The notes below the pieces were generated by a model. It worked only from the letters and a program-made list of their open reading frames with translations. It was not told the origin of the DNA and made no database searches. Below, piece after piece: positions 55,315-63,668 of a stretch of 64,000 nt of DNA. The translations under genes and the position numbers were made by a program. Every line of letters begins with the position of its first letter. The stretch's first letter is position 1. This DNA is from Minisyncoccia bacterium (lineage in GTDB: Bacteria > Patescibacteriota > Minisyncoccia > UBA6257 > JAAZHW01): NCBI GenBank assembly GCA_041550235.1, contig JBFEPE010000002.1:909-64908 (forward strand), read 5' to 3'.

Positions 55315-55929
55315 ATGTTTTATTATATTCCCCAAGCAATTCTTTTCTTATCACTTGTTGCTATTATTTGGATAGTTGCGAAGAATTTGAAAAAAGTTGA
55401 TGCTGTCATTGATGAGAATGATGGCTATTCATTGTCAAATAAATCGCCTAATCGTTTTGGGAAAAAGATATTCAATAATATTGCAATTGAGAAATTTGAT
55501 GATAAGTTTAATAGGATGATTGAAAAGATACTGAGGAGGATTAGAATTTTTATTATAAAGATTGATAGTTTCTTGCAAAAGATAATTGAATCTGTTAAAA
55601 AAAGTTCAAAGCCAAAAAGTATTTTTAAAACAGGCGAGAGTGTTGATTTTATTTCGGATGTAGATAATGATAAAGATGATGGTAGAGAAGAATATGGTGA
55701 TAGGGGAGATGATGAGAAAGAAAAAGAAGAGAACGATGATAAGGGTGAGAGTGATAATGAAAATAACGAGAAAGAGAAGATTGATTATGAAGAAGAAGGT
55801 GATAATGATAATAATGATAATGATGAGGTAGAATATGAGAATAAGGGTAGGGATGAGGATGAGAGGGAAGAAAAAATTGAGGTGAAAAAAATAAAAGTGA
55901 GGATAAGAAGAATTAAGAAAGAAAGATAA
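55315..55929 (+). CDS. membrane-anchored protein with highly acidic D/E-rich repeat tail
   Basis: 204-aa ORF with an N-terminal TM and a (D/E/N/K) low-complexity C-terminal half. Confidence 0.45.
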   Translation: MFYYIPQAILFLSLVAIIWIVAKNLKKVDAVIDENDGYSLSNKSPNRFGKKIFNNIAIEKFDDKFNRMIEKILRRIRIFIIKIDSFLQKIIESVKKSSKPKSIFKTGESVDFISDVDNDKDDGREEYGDRGDDEKEKEENDDKGESDNENNEKEKIDYEEEGDNDNNDNDEVEYENKGRDEDEREEKIEVKKIKVRIRRIKKER

Positions 55930-55948
55930 TAGTGAGAGAATAATAATT

Positions 55949-56022
55949 GCCTGAGTAGCTCAGTTGGTCAGAGCAACGGTTTTGTAAACCGTAGGTCGTC
56001 GGTTCGAATCCGACCTCAGGCT
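55949..56022 (+). tRNA. tRNA-Thr(TGT)
   Basis: GCCTGAG-TA-GCTC-AGTTGGTCA-GAGC-A-ACGGT-TTTGTAA-ACCGT-AGGTC-GTCGG-TTCGAAT-CCGAC-CTCAGGC-T. Confidence 0.85.
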
Positions 56023-56217
56023 CTCTTTTTTTTGCTTTTGTTTGTTTGTGTTGGCGGGATTATAAATCATCTTGAAATATATAAAAAGAATATCAATACA
56101 TCCCCTCCCCGCCGAAGGGCGGGGAGGGGATGCTAAAGGCAATTATTATTGCCTTATTATTATCTTGAAATGTATAAAAAAATGATTTAATATAATACCG
56201 ATGGATGATTGATAATT

Positions 56218-56301
56218 GGGTAGGTGGCGGAGTAGTCAATCGCACCAGACTGTAAATCTGGCGGCCTTGTGCCTACGCAGGTGCAAATCCTGCCCTGCCC
56301 A
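56218..56301 (+). tRNA. tRNA-Tyr(GTA), class II
   Basis: Anticodon arm CCAGA-CTGTAAA-TCTGG. Long variable arm. T-arm GCAGG-TGCAAAT-CCTGC. Confidence 0.85.
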
Positions 56302-56321
56302 CACTTTTTCTTAAATTTAAA

Positions 56322-56348
56322 TAAAAAAACCGCTCAGCGGTTTTTTTA
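56322..56348. terminator. bidirectional terminator A7-CCGCTCAGCGG-T7 shared by the tRNA-Tyr (+) and rpmB (-) transcripts
   Basis: AAAAAAACCGCTCAGCGGTTTTTTT. Confidence 0.7.
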
Positions 56349-56537
56349 TGCCATTTCTTTTTTTGAAATAGTCCGAATACATCTCACACATGCCTTTATC
56401 TTTTGACCATCTCCTAATTTAGTTGATTGAATATTCGCTTTTTGTCGGCGGACATTAACAGGGTTCCATTTACTTCGGACCTTTTTATATTTAATTGCTT
56501 TTTGGGATGATTTCCCGCATATTTCACATTGTCTCAT
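56346..56537 (-). CDS. rpmB: 50S ribosomal protein L28 (zinc-ribbon C+ form)
   Basis: MRQCEICGK..KWNPVNV..CVRCIR. The stop is embedded in the terminator. Confidence 0.7.
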   Translation of the reverse strand: MRQCEICGKSSQKAIKYKKVRSKWNPVNVRRQKANIQSTKLGDGQKIKACVRCIRTISKKEMA

Positions 56538-56864
56538 AATACGATTATATTATACTATTTTAAAAAATAATCAATATTTGCATCATAGTATTAATGAAAA
56601 AACTCCCCCCCGCCGAAGGTGGGGGGGGGGTTGGCTAAGTAATATATAAAAAATAATCAAATATATGTATTCGCCTTCCCCCTCGCCGTTGGCGAGGGGG
56701 AGGATCTGGCTAAGTAATATATAAAAAATAATCAAATAATAATTAATTAATAATGAATAAGATGATATTAATATCCCCCCGCCTTCGGCGGGGGGATATT
56801 GGAATAAATTATCTTATTTATTTAAACATTGATTTTATTTAATAAGTATGTATAATTCAAAAAT

Positions 56865-57233
56865 ATGATACAACCGGAAACAAAATTAAAAATTGCTGAT
56901 AATAGCGGAGCAAAAATGGTCAAGTGCTTTAAGATTCTTGGAGGTAGCAAGAGAAGATATGCTCAAATAGGGGACATTGTTGTCGCTTCCGTTAAGGTTG
57001 CTGAGCCACGAAAGGCAGTTAAGAAAAAGGATGTGGTAAAGTGTGTTATTGTGAGACAAAGAAGGGCTTATCGTCGTCCTGATGGTTCATATATAAGATT
57101 TGATGATAATGCTGCTGTGATAATTGATACAAAGAAGGAGCCGAAGGCAACAAGAATTTTTGGTCCAATTCCAAGAGATCTCCGCGAGAAGGGTTATCAA
57201 AAGATTATATCAATGGCATCCGATGTTATATAG
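56865..57233 (+). CDS. rplN: 50S ribosomal protein L14
   Basis: [27 protein letters not shown]. Confidence 0.9.
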   Translation: MIQPETKLKIADNSGAKMVKCFKILGGSKRRYAQIGDIVVASVKVAEPRKAVKKKDVVKCVIVRQRRAYRRPDGSYIRFDDNAAVIIDTKKEPKATRIFGPIPRDLREKGYQKIISMASDVI

Positions 57234-57323
57234 CAGGTTTGAATATTTAAAAATAAAAAAAATAGAGGGACAAGTTGCTTTTGATAGCATCTTGTCCCAC
57301 TCAATGTTTTTTCGTTTGCCCTC

Positions 57324-57671
57324 TTAATCTTCTTGCTTTTTCGTCGCAGGCACGCGATAGTCTATGGGTACTCCCTGGCTAAGAACATTTTTCATTGTCC
57401 CGAGGGTGAATGTTAGTAAATAAAATAGCTCGCGTGTGTTTATTCCACCTTCATCATTCGCCAAATTTTTTAGGCAAGGCATCTTTTCTTTAACCGGAAT
57501 ACATACATCCAAATACTTTTTACCATCAATATGCGGGGCTTCAAAGTGGATATTTGCCCCACCGAGATTGTATCCCCTTATGATACAAGATGCAATCATT
57601 GATGCTAGATCCCTAGGCTCTTTAAATTCAACCGTGATTTTATCATCTTCACTTTCTTTATGCTTATGCAT
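57324..57671 (-). CDS. hypothetical 115-aa protein (weak OsmC/Ohr-like Cys pattern) encoded antisense between rplN and rplX
   Basis: Start set at MHKHKESE, which has RBS AAAGGAGG. Motifs ASCIIRG and LDVCIPV. Confidence 0.45.
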   Translation of the reverse strand: MHKHKESEDDKITVEFKEPRDLASMIASCIIRGYNLGGANIHFEAPHIDGKKYLDVCIPVKEKMPCLKNLANDEGGINTRELFYLLTFTLGTMKNVLSQGVPIDYRVPATKKQED

Positions 57672-57744
57672 GGTAAAACCTCCTTTTATATTTCTAAAAT
57701 AATCATAACACATATTTAAATAAAATGTCAAGAGGCGACCCGCT

Positions 57745-58030
57745 TGAGGCGGGCGGGTTGCTGGAGTATTATTTGCCTCTGGTGGAGAGGAACACCCCGT
57801 CTCGCCAAGAGGCGAGCCACCCCTCTATTAGAGGGGAATAAAACAACTTGAAATTATTATTTAATTATTGTAATATAGGGTTTGTTTGGTAATCTTGCGA
57901 GTAAATTACTTTGAATTATGAAATGCCTCCCTCTTGTCACCCCCGCGAAGGCGGGGGTCTAAAAACCTCGCCAAAACGGAGATGCCCGCTTTCGCGGGCA
58001 TGACAAAGAAGAGACGGGAATGACAAAGAA
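57745..58030. repeat. composite GC-hairpin block including a MITE-like copy (57933-58008)
   Basis: CGACCCGCTTGAGGCGGGCGGGTTG, ACACCCCGTCTCGCCAAGAGGCGAGCCACCCCTCTATTAGAGGGG, CTTGTCACCCCCGCGAAGGCGGGGGTCTAAAAA, GATGCCCGCTTTCGCGGGCATGACAA. Confidence 0.7.
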
Positions 58031-58035
58031 AAAAT

Positions 58036-58356
58036 ATGAATTCAATAAAAACAAAAGTTAAAAAAGGAGACGAAGTAATGATGTTGGCAGGAAAAGACAA
58101 AGGCAAAAAAGGAAAAATATTAAGAATATTGAGAGAAAAAAATAAAGTAATGATTGAGGGCTTGAATTTAGTAAAGAAACATCAAAGACCAAGAAAGCAA
58201 GGAGAAAAAGGGGAAATTGTCTCATTGCCAAGATTTGTAGATATTTCAAATGTTGGAATATATTGCTCTCCTTGTGGAAAAGGAGTGAGAGTCGGATATC
58301 GTCTTGATGGCGATCAGAAAATAAGAATTTGTAAAAAATGTCAGCAAAGCATATAA
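58036..58356 (+). CDS. rplX: 50S ribosomal protein L24 with a four-Cys zinc-ribbon-like C-terminal insertion
   Basis: KKGDEVMMLAGKDKGKKGKI..LNLVKKHQRP (KOW), then CSPCGKG..x17..CKKC. Confidence 0.85.
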   Translation: MNSIKTKVKKGDEVMMLAGKDKGKKGKILRILREKNKVMIEGLNLVKKHQRPRKQGEKGEIVSLPRFVDISNVGIYCSPCGKGVRVGYRLDGDQKIRICKKCQQSI

Positions 58357-58916
58357 CAATTGAAGAAAAGCATAAAAAGGACATATTAGATAAGTCAAAG
58401 GAATTATTTGGAGTGAAAAATAAAATGTCTGCCCCAAAAATATCAAAAGTAGTTGTTAATGCAGGATTAGGCAGGAAATTATTAAGTATTGAATCAGGAA
58501 AATCAAGGGAAGAACTTTTGAATAATTTTAAGAGCGACTTAATGTTAATAACCGGTCAAGCATTATCAGAAGCAAAAGCAAAAAAATCAATTGCTTCTTT
58601 TAAGAGCAGGGAAGGAATGGTTATTGGATTGAAGGGGACAATAAGAGGAAAAAGAATGAATGATTTTTTGGACCGACTTATAAATTTCGTGTTTCCAAGA
58701 GTGAGGGACTTTAGAGGATTGTCCTTGAGTAATGTTGATAAGAATGGTAATTTGAATATTGGAATTAAAGAAATGATAGTTTTTCCAGAGGTGCCACCAT
58801 CAAGTTCAAAGAATGTTTTTGGGCTACAAATAACAGTCGTTCCTGAAAATATTAAAAATAGAGAGCAGGCAATTGAGTTTTATAGAATATTGGGCTTTCC
58901 TCTAAAAAAAGGTTGA
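58338..58916 (+). CDS. rplE: 50S ribosomal protein L5
   Basis: [18 protein letters not shown]. 19-nt overlap with rplX. Confidence 0.85.
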   Translation: MSAKHITIEEKHKKDILDKSKELFGVKNKMSAPKISKVVVNAGLGRKLLSIESGKSREELLNNFKSDLMLITGQALSEAKAKKSIASFKSREGMVIGLKGTIRGKRMNDFLDRLINFVFPRVRDFRGLSLSNVDKNGNLNIGIKEMIVFPEVPPSSSKNVFGLQITVVPENIKNREQAIEFYRILGFPLKKG

Positions 58917-58932
58917 TTTATTGATAATAAAT

Positions 58933-59118
58933 ATGGCAAAACAATCAGTAATTGCGAGAGCAAAGAAAAAACCAAAATTCTCAACGAGAAAGGTGAATCG
59001 CTGTTTCCGTTGTGGTCGTGCCCGATATCTTATCGGTGATTTTGGAGTTTGTAGAATTTGTTTTAGAGAAATGGTCTCGAATGGCGAAATCCCAGGAATC
59101 AAGAAGTCGTCTTGGTAG
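58933..59118 (+). CDS. rpsN: 30S ribosomal protein S14, zinc-binding type Z
   Basis: [46 protein letters not shown]. Confidence 0.85.
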   Translation: MAKQSVIARAKKKPKFSTRKVNRCFRCGRARYLIGDFGVCRICFREMVSNGEIPGIKKSSW

Positions 59119-59137
59119 TATAATAAGAAGTAGAAAT

Positions 59138-59527
59138 ATGGATACAATAGCAGATTTATTAACACAAATAAGAAATGCATTAGCGGTTAAGAAACCGCTT
59201 ATTTCTGTTCCACACTCAAACTTCAAACAGAATTTAGCCGAATTATTAAGTCGCAGAGGATATTTGGGAAAGATTGAGAAAACAGGAAGGGGTGTTAAGA
59301 AAAATATTAAAATAGAATTAAATTATGACGAGAATGGAAGCCCAAGAATAGTAGAAATAAAGAAAATAAGCAAGCCCGGACAAAGAATATATTCTACTGC
59401 ATCAGAGATAAAGCCAGTAAAGTCGGGACTGGGTCATAGAATAATCTCTACTTCATCAGGATTAATGTTTGATTTTGAGGCAAGAAAGAAGGGATTAGGA
59501 GGCGAAGTAATCTGCGAAATATTTTAA
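59138..59527 (+). CDS. rpsH: 30S ribosomal protein S8
   Basis: MDTIADLLTQIRNALAVKKPLISVPHSNFK. Start trimmed from the listed ORF, which begins inside rpsZ. Confidence 0.9.
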   Translation: MDTIADLLTQIRNALAVKKPLISVPHSNFKQNLAELLSRRGYLGKIEKTGRGVKKNIKIELNYDENGSPRIVEIKKISKPGQRIYSTASEIKPVKSGLGHRIISTSSGLMFDFEARKKGLGGEVICEIF

Positions 59528-59540
59528 TATCTTTCTTTAA

Positions 59541-59581
59541 ATAAAATCCACCGCCAACCATTTTGGTTGGTTGGTGGCGGA
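59541..59581. repeat. perfect palindrome ATCCACCGCCAACCA-TTTTGG-TTGGTTGGTGGCGGAT (bidirectional terminator-like hairpin after rpsH)
   Basis: Read directly. Confidence 0.6.
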
Positions 59582-60122
59582 TAGGAAAGTGTTCTTCTTC
59601 TAGTCTCTTTTTTCAGATTTCTCCTTACAAGAGTTAGGAGGGGGGTTGGTCTCATTAAAAATATTATGTATATAGAGAGACAGAATAACGAGAAGTTAAC
59701 GGGAGCAATTATGGGCAAAATGTCTAATGGTAATCCAAATAAACCCAAGCATGCTATAATCGTTATTGAAAGCAATAAAATCGGTACCCTAAGCATAATA
59801 TAAACAGCAAGTAATAATAAAATTTTTTTTGCACTCATTTCTTTTCTCCTTATTATAATATTTTCTTACTTTTAAATTGTACTACTTTATCTATACTCAT
59901 TATAACATATTCATAAAAATTTGTCAAGGGGCTGAAAATGTGTCATTATATATCACGAAAATAAGGGTATATATTGAAATCTTTAAATAAATAATTAAAC
60001 TAATAAGATTATATTAAAATAGAGGGATTGCCTCCCCCTCGCAAAGCGAGGGGGAGGCAGGGCATTGATATAATTAATAAATAATTAAACTAATAATAAA
60101 ATAATTAATATCATAAAATACC

Positions 60123-60668
60123 ATGTCAAAAATTGGAAAAGCAAAAATTAAATTACCAAGTGGAGTAGAGGCGAAGATAAGCGACTCTGTTTTTTCCGTT
60201 AAGGGACCAAAGGGAGAATTAAATGAAAAAATATTTGATGGCTTTTCTATTTCTATTGAAGATTCCGAAATATCAGTTATCCCACCAGAAAATGCAGGCA
60301 AACAAATCCCTGCCTTATGGGGAACATTAAGGGCATTGATAAGCAATGCCGTTATAGGAGTGAGCGAAGGATATGAGAAAAAACTTATTGTTGAAGGAAT
60401 AGGATTTAAAGTGGTAATAGAAGGAAAAAATTTAGTCCTAAATTTAGGATTTTCACACTCAATAAATTTTCCAATTCCTGATGGCATTGAGATGACAACA
60501 GAAAAAAATACAATTACAATTAAGGGAATAAATAAGGAATTGGTCGGACAAACAGCGGCTGAAATAAGAGCATTTAAAAAACCAGAGCCATACAAGGGAA
60601 AGGGGATTAGGTATAGTGATGAGGTTGTGAGGCGAAAGGCAGGTAAGAAGGCAGTTGGAGCAGGATAA
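60123..60668 (+). CDS. rplF: 50S ribosomal protein L6
   Basis: MSKIGKAKIKLPSGVEAKI..FSVKGPKGEL. Confidence 0.9.
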   Translation: MSKIGKAKIKLPSGVEAKISDSVFSVKGPKGELNEKIFDGFSISIEDSEISVIPPENAGKQIPALWGTLRALISNAVIGVSEGYEKKLIVEGIGFKVVIEGKNLVLNLGFSHSINFPIPDGIEMTTEKNTITIKGINKELVGQTAAEIRAFKKPEPYKGKGIRYSDEVVRRKAGKKAVGAG

Positions 60669-60679
60669 TGAAGGGTGAT

Positions 60680-60785
60680 ATTCTGCCCGCCCGCCTATGG
60701 CGGGGGGTGATAAGACCCACCTTCGTTAAAACTTCGGCGGGGCAAAACCCGCCTTCGTTAAAACTTCGGCGAGGCGAAGTAAAAA
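60680..60785. repeat. hairpin repeat block (CCGCCCGCCTATGGCGGGGGG; two copies of CCGCCTTCGTTAAAACTTCGGCG(G/A)GGC)
   Basis: Read directly between rplF and rplR. Confidence 0.7.
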
Positions 60786-60787
60786 AC

Positions 60788-61147
60788 ATGAAAAATCAAC
60801 AAAAAGAAAAAAATAGAAAAAAGGTATTTAGGAAAAGAAGGGCAGGGGCTCTTATATTTGGAGATGCTCAAACACCACGATTGTCAGTATTTCGCTCCAA
60901 CTCCCATATTTATGGGCAGATTATTGATGATAAGAAAAGAAGCACTATTGTGAGTGCTTCTGATTTAGAGATAAAGGATAGTAAGTTGAATAAGACTCAA
61001 AGGGCGATGAAGGTTGGTGAGTTGTTGGCAACAAAGGCTAAGTCAGTAAAAATATTAAAGGTTGTTTTTGATAGAGGAGGTAATAGATATCATGGACGAG
61101 TCAAAGCATTAGCTGAAGGATCACGAAAAGGAGGTTTGGTGTTTTAA
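60788..61147 (+). CDS. rplR: 50S ribosomal protein L18
   Basis: PRLSVFRSNSHIYGQIIDD..VFDRGGNRYHGRVKALAEG. Confidence 0.85.
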   Translation: MKNQQKEKNRKKVFRKRRAGALIFGDAQTPRLSVFRSNSHIYGQIIDDKKRSTIVSASDLEIKDSKLNKTQRAMKVGELLATKAKSVKILKVVFDRGGNRYHGRVKALAEGSRKGGLVF

Positions 61148-61235
61148 TTTTTTAATAAAATCACCCGCCCGCCAATGGCGGGGGGGGGTTATAGACTTGT
61201 TTTTGTTTAAATATTTAGTAATATCTTTAATAAAT

Positions 61236-61814
61236 ATGTTTGATAAGAATAATCAACAATTTAATAATAGAGGTAGGGGTAAAAAAGGTCCATTTAAGGG
61301 AAGAGGCAGAAGACCGATGATTGAAAAGAAGTATGATGAAAAACTTCTTAGTTTGGATAGAGTAGTCCGAGTAACCGCTGGAGGAAAGAGGTTTAGTTTT
61401 AGGGCAACTATGGCAATGGGCGACAAGAAGGGAAAGGTAGGAGTAGGTATTGCCAAGGGAAAGGATGTCGCTTCTGCTATTGCCAAAGCAAAGGCGGATG
61501 CTGAAAAAAACATGATTTCTCTTAATATCTCCGAAAGAACAATTCCTCATGAGACAAGGGCAAAATATTGTGCAGCTGATATAATAATAAAACCAGCAAG
61601 CGCTGGTCATGGATTGGTGGCTGGTGGAGCAATAAGAACAATTTGTGATTTAGTAGGAATAAGGGATATTTCAGCTAAGAAGTTGGGAAATACGAGCAAT
61701 CAATTGAGTAATGCGAGGGCGACTATTCTCGCTCTACAAAAGTTGAGATTTAAGGATTTAGGAAAGAAGGAGGAGGTTGCTTCTTCTGTCACTCCTGCGG
61801 AGGCAGGGGCTTAA
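61236..61814 (+). CDS. rpsE: 30S ribosomal protein S5
   Basis: RVVRVTAGGKRFSFRATMAMGDKKGKVGVGIAKGKDV. Confidence 0.85.
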   Translation: MFDKNNQQFNNRGRGKKGPFKGRGRRPMIEKKYDEKLLSLDRVVRVTAGGKRFSFRATMAMGDKKGKVGVGIAKGKDVASAIAKAKADAEKNMISLNISERTIPHETRAKYCAADIIIKPASAGHGLVAGGAIRTICDLVGIRDISAKKLGNTSNQLSNARATILALQKLRFKDLGKKEEVASSVTPAEAGA

Positions 61815-61907
61815 AGTATAAGACAAAAAATGAGAGAAACATGAGATGCCCCGCCTAAGGCGGGCAGGCTGCCGGAGTATTATCCGCCTCTGGCGGGGAA
61901 TATAAAT

Positions 61908-62330
61908 ATGCAAATACATACAATAACAAAAACATATAAAACAAAGGCGAAGAAGAGAGTTGGAAGAGGAGGGAAAAGGGGGACATACTCAGGAAAGGGA
62001 ATGAAGGGTCAGAAGTCTCGAGCGGGAAAGAATATTCGTCCAGCTGAAAGAGATTATATTATTAGGTTGCCTAAGAAAAGAGGTGTTAAGTTTAAGTCCA
62101 TAAAAATAAAGCCGGAAATAATAAATATATCTCAATTAGATAAGAATTTTAAGAATAATGATACAATATCTCCAAGGGCATTATTGGATAAGGGATTAGT
62201 TAAGAAGCAAGGTAGAAAAAATCCTGAAGTTAAGATATTAGCAATGGGCGATACAAAGAAGAAGTTTATTATTAAGAATTGTCAATTTTCCAAAGAAGCA
62301 GGCAATAAGCTCGGAATCAGCACAAATTAA
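61908..62330 (+). CDS. rplO: 50S ribosomal protein L15
   Basis: KKRVGRGGKRGTYSGKGMKGQKSRAG. Confidence 0.85.
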   Translation: MQIHTITKTYKTKAKKRVGRGGKRGTYSGKGMKGQKSRAGKNIRPAERDYIIRLPKKRGVKFKSIKIKPEIINISQLDKNFKNNDTISPRALLDKGLVKKQGRKNPEVKILAMGDTKKKFIIKNCQFSKEAGNKLGISTN

Positions 62331-62665
62331 TTTTTATTATTTTGTGCTCTTTGATTATCTGTCTGATATTATTTTGATTATTTTATTTTTTGTTTTTTGT
62401 TTCTGTCATCTCTGCTTTTCTTTTGTCATACCTGTCCGTTAGAGGTGGCACATCCGCCTCAGGCGGGCGGATAGTACTTCGGCAGCTTGCCCGCCTATGG
62501 CGGGAATGACAATAAAAATTTATTGAAATAAAAAAATAGGACAGAGGTTGCTTTTTCTCAAAGCAACATGTCCAATAGACCTCTTGCAAAATAGCAATCA
62601 TCTTCCATTCTTTTAGGCAGAAACCTCCCAAATTTCAGAATATTATCTATGAATTAGATAACATT

Positions 62666-63058
62666 CTAAAGTTTTTGCATAGAGCAAAGACAAATCCACC
62701 AAACAAAAACATTAAGGATTAAAAATCCTGCCCTCGAAAACCCCACTACATCACTATTCTTGCTTTTGATTCCACGGATGCTTAATATCGATAAATAAAG
62801 AAAGAAGATGACACCGAATATAACATCGTCCATCATGAGTATTTTTTGAAAACCAAGTTCTAATATTAGTATTGTTGAAAAAATTGCCGTCAAAGAGAAT
62901 AGTATCACCATTTTATTTTCTTCTTTTCCCCACCATCCGCTTAATTTCTCTTTTTTTTCTTTCCACCAATTCCACCAATTTTTACTTGAAATCTTTAATT
63001 TATCAAAAGATGATAAATGTAGATATTTTTTGGAAAGTTCCTTATATGATAAACTCAT
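62666..63058 (-). CDS. hypothetical Trp-rich membrane protein (130 aa)
   Basis: ORF with a GAGAGG RBS, encoded antisense between rplO and secY. Confidence 0.4.
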   Translation of the reverse strand: MSLSYKELSKKYLHLSSFDKLKISSKNWWNWWKEKKEKLSGWWGKEENKMVILFSLTAIFSTILILELGFQKILMMDDVIFGVIFFLYLSILSIRGIKSKNSDVVGFSRAGFLILNVFVWWICLCSMQKL

Positions 63059-63140
63059 TTTACACCTCTCTTATATTTTTAATTTTTTGGGGTACATCTG
63101 CCTCTATCATATCACAAATAAATTATTTGTCAAATTTTGA

Positions 63141-63180
63141 AAAATAAAAAACTGATGCCGACTTTTATTTTTGGCATCAG
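63141..63180 (-). terminator. rho-independent terminator (minus strand) CTGATGCC..GGCATCAG + T-run
   Basis: Plus strand reads AAAATAAAAAACTGATGCCGACTTTTATTTTTGGCATCAG. Confidence 0.6.
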
Positions 63181-63200
63181 GATAATGAGTTATTTTTTAT

Positions 63201-63356
63201 TTATTGAGCATTAGGGAATATCCCAAAAATTTCCCTTATTTCTTTGCCTATTAATAGATCCATTCTTGCAATCCATAAGACCAATCCAATGATTATTAAA
63301 ATAATCTGAGATATACTTAATTCTCTTAAAAAATTAAAAAACCACTCCATTTCCAT
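63201..63356 (-). CDS. small (51 aa) single-TM protein, not in the ORF track
   Basis: Own translation: MEMEWFFNFLRELSISQIILIIIGLVLWIARMDLLIGKEIREIFGIFPNAQ*. RBS GGGAGGT. Followed by a terminator. Confidence 0.4.
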   Translation of the reverse strand: MEMEWFFNFLRELSISQIILIIIGLVLWIARMDLLIGKEIREIFGIFPNAQ

Positions 63357-63484
63357 TTTTAACCTCCCGAAATCAGAATATCAAATAATTATCAAAAAGT
63401 CAAGGAGCAGAAATACGAGTGTGTTATATTGATATTTATTAAGAAATGATTAGAATGATAATGTGATGTGGCTGATATATTTGT

Positions 63485-63650
63485 CGACAAAAAAACACCC
63501 CGTCCCGCATGAGGCGGACATGACACTCTCTTTGTCGCCCCCGCGAAGGCGGGGGTCTAAAAACAAAGCAAAGCGGAGATGCCTGCCTTCGCAGGCATGA
63601 CAATAAAAGTGGGAATGACAAGGGGGGGATAATTTATCTATTTCGTAATT
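63485..63650. repeat. composite GC-hairpin block including a MITE-like copy (63527-63623), immediately upstream of secY
   Basis: ACACCCCGTCCCGCATGAGGCGGACATGACA, CTTTGTCGCCCCCGCGAAGGCGGGGGTCTAAAAA, GATGCCTGCCTTCGCAGGCATGACAA, GGGAATGACAAGG. Confidence 0.7.
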
Positions 63651-63668
63651 CAAAGAATAATATAAAAA

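Noticed and set aside
59524-59838. 104-aa minus-strand ORF after rpsH as a confident gene
   Set aside because: Its 3' part overlaps rpsH and a palindrome. Only the N-terminal hydrophobic ~60 aa look coding-like. It was left unannotated.
2438-61195. Hairpin repeats as a CRISPR array
   Set aside because: The units are palindromic, not identical direct repeats. Spacing is irregular and gene-interleaved. No cas genes are present.
62383-62631. 82-aa minus-strand ORF
   Set aside because: Spans the hairpin repeat block 62440-62515. The Cys/Arg-rich translation comes from GC palindromes.
63439-63653. 60- and 67-aa minus-strand ORFs
   Set aside because: Encoded entirely by the composite repeat block upstream of secY.
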